A stretch of 32,000 nucleotides of DNA from Acaryochloris marina S15. Its GTDB lineage: Bacteria > Cyanobacteriota > Cyanobacteriia > Thermosynechococcales > Thermosynechococcaceae. The stretch covers positions 3,720,001-3,752,000 of the forward strand of contig NZ_CP064923.1 in assembly GCF_018336915.1 (NCBI RefSeq). The letters run 5' to 3'. This document shows positions 26,565 through 32,000 of this stretch, piece after piece. Below the pieces are notes generated by a model. That model was not told the origin of the DNA, searched no databases, and saw only the letters and a program-made list of their open reading frames with translations. Both the position numbers and the translations under genes were made by a program. Numbering within the stretch: position 1 is the first letter of the stretch; the number at the start of each line of letters is the position of its first letter.

Positions 26565-26990
26565 TCAATCAGCAATCTCAAAAGGGTTAATCAGGGATGC
26601 CCCTGTATCAGCAAAATCACTCACATTACGAGTCACCAAAGTTAAGTCACGAGTAAGAGCAATAGCAGCAATTTGTTTGTCGATGGCATTTTGGGGGTGG
26701 GGAGCGCATAAACACCCCCATACCTGAGCTTCCACTTCCGTAAAATCGAGAATATGGTCAGCATAGCTGTCTAAAATGGTTTGCAACCAATTCTCTAATA
26801 GGCTAGCTTGCGGTAAATCACCACGATAGCGAATCAGTTCAACCCCTCGACGTAACTCTCCAATAGTGATGGCACTGATGTATAAGCGAGCTTTTTGCTC
26901 AGCAGCAACCTGAAAAAACTTCCGTACACCCGGATCAGCTCTTGCCTGCTTGCGGAGTTCACTAATGACGTTGGTATCAATCAAATACAT
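26565..26990 (-). CDS. vapC: type II toxin, PIN-domain ribonuclease (VapC/FitB-like)
   Basis: It has the MYLIDTNVISELRK N-terminal PIN motif and later acidic residues (...ALTRDLTLVTRNVSDF). It overlaps the upstream antitoxin gene by 14 nt. Confidence 0.85.
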   Translation of the reverse strand: MYLIDTNVISELRKQARADPGVRKFFQVAAEQKARLYISAITIGELRRGVELIRYRGDLPQASLLENWLQTILDSYADHILDFTEVEAQVWGCLCAPHPQNAIDKQIAAIALTRDLTLVTRNVSDFADTGASLINPFEIAD

Positions 26991-27210
26991 CTTGAGCTAA
27001 GTCATCCTGGATTCGCTCAAAATCTTCGTCACAGCCAACCTGTGGAATTTGGCAAAGAACTTCAGAGAAGGACTTCTGGGGTGGATGAAACAATACCTGT
27101 TCTAAGATTTTGCGATGTTCGGCCTCAGCGCTCACGCCATTCTGACTAGCCCGCATCTTTAAGGCTCTGACTATAGAGTCGTCAATATTACGAACAATCA
27201 GATTTGCCAT
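26977..27210 (-). CDS. type II antitoxin, ribbon-helix-helix (FitA/VapB-like)
   Basis: The start MANLIVRNIDDSIVRALKMRASQNGVSAEAEHRKILEQ is typical of FitA-like RHH antitoxins. It is translationally coupled to vapC. Confidence 0.75.
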   Translation of the reverse strand: MANLIVRNIDDSIVRALKMRASQNGVSAEAEHRKILEQVLFHPPQKSFSEVLCQIPQVGCDEDFERIQDDLAQDVFD

Positions 27211-27303
27211 AAACTTTACTGTAGTTTAGGGATTCTCTCTAACGATAGCATTGATATCATTATATGATCCTCAACTGCTTATGCCACCACATCAGGTACC
27301 TGA

Positions 27304-27708
27304 CTAAATACGATTGAGAAGGTTCGTATACCCTAAAAATTCGTTCTTCCAGTCGCCATAAACACCTGAGAGTCCACAGGCAGAACATTCACAGCCTAAA
27401 TAAAACCACCGCACATCTTCACTCATACGGTAGAGAGCCACCCCTGCCATAATTTCAAATTGATCATTATCACAGGAGCAATTTACTGGGTAAACGGCTT
27501 CGACTTCATCGATATAGTCATCACTATCGCCAATACCATGCTCGGTATCGCAGGCAGTACAGATTCGTGCGGCCACCCCTTCCTCTTCATTGATGACTAG
27601 TCGAAAAACATTACGGTCGCAGCATTTGGCAACAGCAAAGTGTTCAGCTTTGTAGCCATTTTGGATGCTGTAGTCGATGATTTGCGATTGCAACAGTGCT
27701 TCATTCAT
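27304..27708 (-). CDS. hypothetical Cys-rich protein (134 aa)
   Basis: It is an ATG-initiated ORF of normal composition with paired Cys motifs (CC, CTAC, CSC, CECSAC) that suggest metal binding. No family was recognised. Confidence 0.5.
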   Translation of the reverse strand: MNEALLQSQIIDYSIQNGYKAEHFAVAKCCDRNVFRLVINEEEGVAARICTACDTEHGIGDSDDYIDEVEAVYPVNCSCDNDQFEIMAGVALYRMSEDVRWFYLGCECSACGLSGVYGDWKNEFLGYTNLLNRI

Positions 27709-27859
27709 ATCCTCAATCGTAAGGAGATTGACCCATGTTGTCTTGCTCTAAACCCTAATCAGTTTCTCTGCTGGCATGGAAAGTCAGGAACGAGTGTGGC
27801 TGGTCTAGGGTCAGTTTCCTTAACGGCAACGTCACTCTAACGGATGATCTCAATCGAGA

Positions 27860-28825
27860 ATGTTAAAACACCTCACCAAAGTTGCTCAAATAGGCTGCTT
27901 GTCTCTCTTCTTTTTTCTACCTAGCCGCGTTGATGCTCAGCTCATGACTGACCAGAAAATCCGTGTCGCTGGTGTAGAACGTGAATATCACCTTTTCGTG
28001 CCTGATGATCACCACAACGCCCCGGTGGTTTTGCTGTTTCATGGGCACACCAACAGCAGTGATGAATTAATCGGGCTATCTGGCAAAAGAGCCCCTCAGG
28101 CTTCGTTTCGAGTTTGGCTGGATATTGCGAAAAAAGACAATGTTATTTTAGCCATCCCCAATGGCCGCTACGTCTCTAGACGAGAAAAAGGGTGGAACGA
28201 TTGTAGGGCTGACGCTCCCACCAATTCAAAGGCGGATGATGTTCTGTTTATCAACAAGCTTCTGGATTCCATTGTGGACGAGTACAAAGCGAATCCCAAA
28301 CAAGTCTATGCCACTGGACATTCAAACGGTGGGCATTTTGCCATTAGACTCGCTCAAGAAATCCCCGAAAAAATAACAGCATTTGCCGCAATCTCTGCTT
28401 CCAATGCCGCTAATTCAGAGTGCAAAGATGCAAATATTCCGGTTTCCGCATTGGTTATGAATGGCACTGCAGACCGTTTTTTGCCCTATAGCGGCGGCCC
28501 AATGATGGCCAAGAGAGGCGATGTCTTATCAACCGCTGGAACGCTTCATTATTGGATCAAGAGAAATGGCACCGACCCGTTCGCTGAAATGGACAAGTTG
28601 CCCGACACGACCGTGAAAGATCAAAGTAGAGCCGAGAAATATACCTATAAAAACGGCATCAACAATACTGAAGTTGTTCTGTTTAGAATCTTGAATGGTG
28701 GTCACACCACTCCCAGCATTCAAGTAAGAAACAGGAGGCTTCTCCTGCGCATACTAGGGAACCAAAACGCTGATATCGAGATGGCCGATGAGGTTTGGTC
28801 ATTCTTTAAAACGAAAAAGAAATGA
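27860..28825 (+). CDS. secreted esterase of the PHB-depolymerase / LpqC-like alpha/beta hydrolase family
   Basis: It has a signal peptide, then VVLLFHGHTNS, the nucleophile elbow YATGHSNGGHFA, and GTADRFLPY and GGHT blocks. Confidence 0.7.
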   Translation: MLKHLTKVAQIGCLSLFFFLPSRVDAQLMTDQKIRVAGVEREYHLFVPDDHHNAPVVLLFHGHTNSSDELIGLSGKRAPQASFRVWLDIAKKDNVILAIPNGRYVSRREKGWNDCRADAPTNSKADDVLFINKLLDSIVDEYKANPKQVYATGHSNGGHFAIRLAQEIPEKITAFAAISASNAANSECKDANIPVSALVMNGTADRFLPYSGGPMMAKRGDVLSTAGTLHYWIKRNGTDPFAEMDKLPDTTVKDQSRAEKYTYKNGINNTEVVLFRILNGGHTTPSIQVRNRRLLLRILGNQNADIEMADEVWSFFKTKKK

Positions 28826-28889
28826 ATTGGCATGGAAAACATGTCTTCATGGGAGCAGAGATCTATCGAGATAGATTGTTCCCGTAGTC

Positions 28890-29858
28890 TTAGCCATCTG
28901 TGGCTGCTTTCTTTTGCGATTTGAGGGTTGCCAAATAGGTCCGTAAAAAGGGTAATCCACCAATGGCGGGCAGAAAATAGCGCATAGTACACAGAAGCCC
29001 TAAAGCAGCACCTGTTGCTTCATCAAAGTAATTGGCATAGAGGGCAATTAGGGCCGCATCACGAGTACCAACCCCTGCAAAAGTCAGAGGTAATAATCCT
29101 GCCAAAATGGCCAGCGGAGAGAGGGCAAGGCTGACAATAAAAGGCACCGTAGCCTTCAGCGCTAAGGTAAAAAACCAAATCTGCACCATGTGCAGAAACC
29201 AGATAAAAATTGAGGTGCCTGAGACCTTGGCCAATTGAATCCGATCTTGCCAGAAATGTTGCTGCATTTCTTGCCAGGATTCTTGCAGACTCTTAAATTT
29301 CTGACTAATCCCCTTAGGCGTGATCTTTCTCAGGATGCCAAAAAATAGGTGGGCAAATTTAGCAGACCCTAATAACAGTAGCCCTAGGGTCACCCCTGCC
29401 ACCACTCCAGCCGTCATGGTCCAGAAAAAGGCATCTTTTTGGGGATAGAGAATCAGACCAAATGCACACCAGAACAACAGCGACAGCATGTCGCAGGTTT
29501 TTTCGAACACCACCAGAGAGACCGAGAGGGTGCCGGTCAGATAGCCGCGATCGCGAATAAAATACGCCTTGGCTATATCTCCCATTTTGGAAGGCAAGAC
29601 CATATTTAGGGTACTGGCTGCCAACACGAGTTTGTTCGCTTCCCCTGCCCCCATCCCTGAACCGGAAGGCATTAATTGCTGCAATCGCCAGGAGGTAAAT
29701 CCCGTCAGGGGAATCACCATTCCCAGACTGATCACCATCCACTTCAAGTCACAATTGCGGAAAACCTCAATCAGTCCCTGGAAGTCAATCTTTGAGTAAA
29801 TAATGCAAAGAATGAGAACGCTAACGGCAATGGAAATGGGGCGTTTGTACCGTTTCAT
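28890..29858 (-). CDS. flippase-like / lysylphosphatidylglycerol-synthase transmembrane-domain (UPF0104) protein
   Basis: The N-terminus MKRYKRPISIAVSVLILCIIYSKIDFQGLIEVFRNCDLKWMVISL is followed by about 8 predicted TM segments, typical of the family. It is the last gene of a tightly packed three-gene operon. Confidence 0.72.
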   Translation of the reverse strand: MKRYKRPISIAVSVLILCIIYSKIDFQGLIEVFRNCDLKWMVISLGMVIPLTGFTSWRLQQLMPSGSGMGAGEANKLVLAASTLNMVLPSKMGDIAKAYFIRDRGYLTGTLSVSLVVFEKTCDMLSLLFWCAFGLILYPQKDAFFWTMTAGVVAGVTLGLLLLGSAKFAHLFFGILRKITPKGISQKFKSLQESWQEMQQHFWQDRIQLAKVSGTSIFIWFLHMVQIWFFTLALKATVPFIVSLALSPLAILAGLLPLTFAGVGTRDAALIALYANYFDEATGAALGLLCTMRYFLPAIGGLPFLRTYLATLKSQKKAATDG

Positions 29859-29859
29859 A

Positions 29860-31452
29860 TCAAAGTTTGCGCTCCAGTTTAAAGGATTCTCCTGCCCCTA
29901 AAGATCGGACATGCTGGGTTAGGTCTTGCCAGGGCTGTAACTGTCCCACCTGAAAGGTCCGACTCATCACCACATAAATTGAGGTTTGAGCGCCACCCAA
30001 GCCCATTGACAGAACATTCTGCCAAGAGGGGGACTGTAATTCATCCGTCACCACCCAGTATCCTTCTTGCCAACTAAAACTACGCTTGAACTGAAAATCA
30101 GTGCTATTTTTGCCCGTAATCAGCATTTTTTGCAGCAGTGACCGGATCAAGTTGGGAAAGAATCGGCCCACCGTCAACATGACCACTCGCAAAATCATCA
30201 GATTCAGGGGCGTCATTTGTTTCTGTTTGGCCCAGCCCAAAGCCCCTTGCACCAAAATTTGGTCTTCTTGGAGGGTACTGGGGTAATCCCCAACCAAATG
30301 GCCGACGGCATTTTTAACTTTGCCCCCCTCTTTTACTTGCAAAGATAGGTGCGTATCCGATGCCACCAGCTGCCCATGACGAAAGAACTTAAACACCCCA
30401 CCTTTATTCAGGGCCAGATACAGCTCCGTATCCCCTCGTCGATCAATTAGAACTCGGGCTTCGGGTAACCAAAACCGTCCCTGGGGACGAGGTTTTTGCG
30501 GCGGACGAGCAGGGACAAAATCCTGCCAGGCCAATAGATAGTTCCAAGTATGATGGCCGACAATATGGTCGTCGGCATAGCAAGACCCTAGGCCATTCGC
30601 CAATCCAGCTAATATCCGGTCATTGATATTGAGCGCTTCCGGCCACCATTTACCCACTAGTTCAAATCCGTGGGGGAAAAAGTTGTAGGTATTCCGGCTG
30701 GTATATTCTCCACCATAGGACCCGTCGGGATGGACGAACTCTGCTACCAAGGCCACTGCTTTTTTCAGCGCCGTTTGCAGTTGGTCCGTCGGATGAAGTT
30801 CATAAATTCTGGCCAGACAGGAAATCGTTAAGGTGTGGTAGCCCGGATCGCAGCCTTCATATTCTTGAAACCAGCCTTCAGGATTTTGCCATTCAAATAC
30901 GCGGGCTAGGCGCTCCGCCTTGGCCTGATCCCATTTAGACGTTTTCAGCAACTGAGACACTTGCTCCAGGCAAAGCACTATCAGCGCCTGGTGATTGGTC
31001 AATCGACCACTTTCATTGTGATGGGCCAGCCAGTCTGCTCGCAGTTCAAAAAAGCGCAGGGCCTCTTCATTCTGCAATCCCAATAAGGTATAGCTTTCCA
31101 CACAGGCCAACAGGGAAAAAGCGGCAGCCCCACCCGCTCGCTCAAACGGGAAATAGTCATCGCAGGAGCCATCTTTATGGGCACTGCGAGCCGCAAACAG
31201 AATTCCCGCTTCAACCCAATTGCGAATTGATTCCTGTTGATAATACTGATTGCTGGGCAGTTGATGGGCACAAACTAACGCCAGGGGCCAGACAAACTCC
31301 TGGGACATGCCGCTGGGGAAATCAATGATTTTGTATTGCCAATAGTTGCGATCAAAACAACCATAGTGGGGACTATGGGGGTTCCGATCCTGCAAGGTCA
31401 ATATCTTGGGAATCTGGGCTAAGGCAATCTGGGCAAAAAGATCTTTATTCAT
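29860..31452 (-). CDS. conserved hypothetical protein (530 aa); helical N-terminal half and beta-rich C-terminal half, possibly polysaccharide lyase/hydrolase-like
   Basis: This is a long uninterrupted ORF. It shares a 4-nt ATGA overlap with the upstream GT2 gene and lies 1 nt from the downstream gene. The fold guess rests only on sequence character (W/Y-rich helical repeats, then a beta-rich segment). Confidence 0.6.
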   Translation of the reverse strand: MNKDLFAQIALAQIPKILTLQDRNPHSPHYGCFDRNYWQYKIIDFPSGMSQEFVWPLALVCAHQLPSNQYYQQESIRNWVEAGILFAARSAHKDGSCDDYFPFERAGGAAAFSLLACVESYTLLGLQNEEALRFFELRADWLAHHNESGRLTNHQALIVLCLEQVSQLLKTSKWDQAKAERLARVFEWQNPEGWFQEYEGCDPGYHTLTISCLARIYELHPTDQLQTALKKAVALVAEFVHPDGSYGGEYTSRNTYNFFPHGFELVGKWWPEALNINDRILAGLANGLGSCYADDHIVGHHTWNYLLAWQDFVPARPPQKPRPQGRFWLPEARVLIDRRGDTELYLALNKGGVFKFFRHGQLVASDTHLSLQVKEGGKVKNAVGHLVGDYPSTLQEDQILVQGALGWAKQKQMTPLNLMILRVVMLTVGRFFPNLIRSLLQKMLITGKNSTDFQFKRSFSWQEGYWVVTDELQSPSWQNVLSMGLGGAQTSIYVVMSRTFQVGQLQPWQDLTQHVRSLGAGESFKLERKL

Positions 31453-32000
31453 CCTTTGTTATGGGACTCCAAGTCAGCTCGGCGTTGCCGCAGCTGGATA
31501 TCTTCCAACAGTTTACGATTGACCGTTAATAAATCAGCTAACAAGCCAAACATATAGAGCTGAAAGCCAATCAAAATTAACACTGCCGAAATAATCAGAC
31601 TTGGTGCCCGAGCTCGGGTCGGATCTTGGAAATACAAAATCAACCAACGGATCCACAGGAGTAGACCGAAAACCGATGGAATACTGCCTAGAAAAGTAAA
31701 GAACTTCAAGGGCCGATAGGCCATGAAAATCCGCAGAATGGTGAGAATAGATCGCTGAATATAGGAAGCGATACTCTTGACCAAACGGGACGGTCGCAAA
31801 TAACCATTTGTGCGAATCGGCACAGAGGTAATCACCATGCCATGTTGTCCCGCTTGAATAATGGTCTCCAAGGTATAGGTATATTCATTGAACACATTCA
31901 TCCGCAGGGCAGCGTTGCGGCTAAAGGCTCGAAACCCGCTAGGCGCATCGGAGATATTTGTGCCACTGGCAATTCGCACGACCCAGCTGCCTAGTTTTTG
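31449..32000 (-). CDS. family 2 glycosyltransferase, C-terminal part with two TM helices; N-terminus lies beyond the window end
   Basis: The frame stays open to base 32000. The block SDAPSGFRAFSR..A.....N.YTYTLETIIQAG is typical of the end of the GT2 catalytic domain and is followed by membrane helices. Confidence 0.8.
   Translation of the reverse strand, partial: QKLGSWVVRIASGTNISDAPSGFRAFSRNAALRMNVFNEYTYTLETIIQAGQHGMVITSVPIRTNGYLRPSRLVKSIASYIQRSILTILRIFMAYRPLKFFTFLGSIPSVFGLLLWIRWLILYFQDPTRARAPSLIISAVLILIGFQLYMFGLLADLLTVNRKLLEDIQLRQRRADLESHNKG

Noticed and set aside
26384-26590. 68-aa plus-strand ORF between the hydrolase gene and vapC
   Set aside because: It has no recognisable motif and an alternative start codon, and it overlaps the vapC 3' end. 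It may be a remnant, but a CDS call cannot be supported.
1-32000. Scan for tRNA, rRNA, tmRNA, CRISPR arrays and riboswitch-like leaders
   Set aside because: No T-loop/acceptor-like cloverleaf signatures, rRNA-like segments or regularly spaced direct repeats were seen. A covariance-model scan would be needed to exclude small ncRNAs.

Overview
Cyanobacterial-type chromosomal segment: seven exact HIP1 palindromes (GCGATCGC) plus typical gene content. Ordinary-composition housekeeping genes (Eis-like GNAT, uppP, a CrtISO-family oxidoreductase, map, a Tat-exported C11 peptidase, an L,D-transpeptidase, maf, leuS, hydrolases, a GT2 operon) flank a visibly AT-rich accessory island at about 10.6-23.0 kb. 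Four IS elements have terminal inverted repeats readable from the sequence. They are an IS1-family copy with an 8-bp TSD, an ISKra4-like copy with a 9-bp TSD that splits a small membrane-protein gene, and an IS1634-family copy carrying a nested IS630 element. The main finding is that the island looks like a decayed chromosomal integron. A frameshifted, stop-riddled N-terminal remnant of an integron-integrase-like tyrosine recombinase (22681-23033) sits against leuS. All island genes lie on the opposite strand, diverging from it. They are a 734-aa OLD-family ATPase-Toprim nuclease (defence candidate), a killer/antidote TA pair with a nonsense-mutated toxin, a Uma2 endonuclease, and two unknown proteins. 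Three inter-gene junctions carry the same modular, imperfectly palindromic attC-like element. No tRNA, rRNA or CRISPR array was seen. All family assignments come from reading motifs by eye, since no searches could be run.
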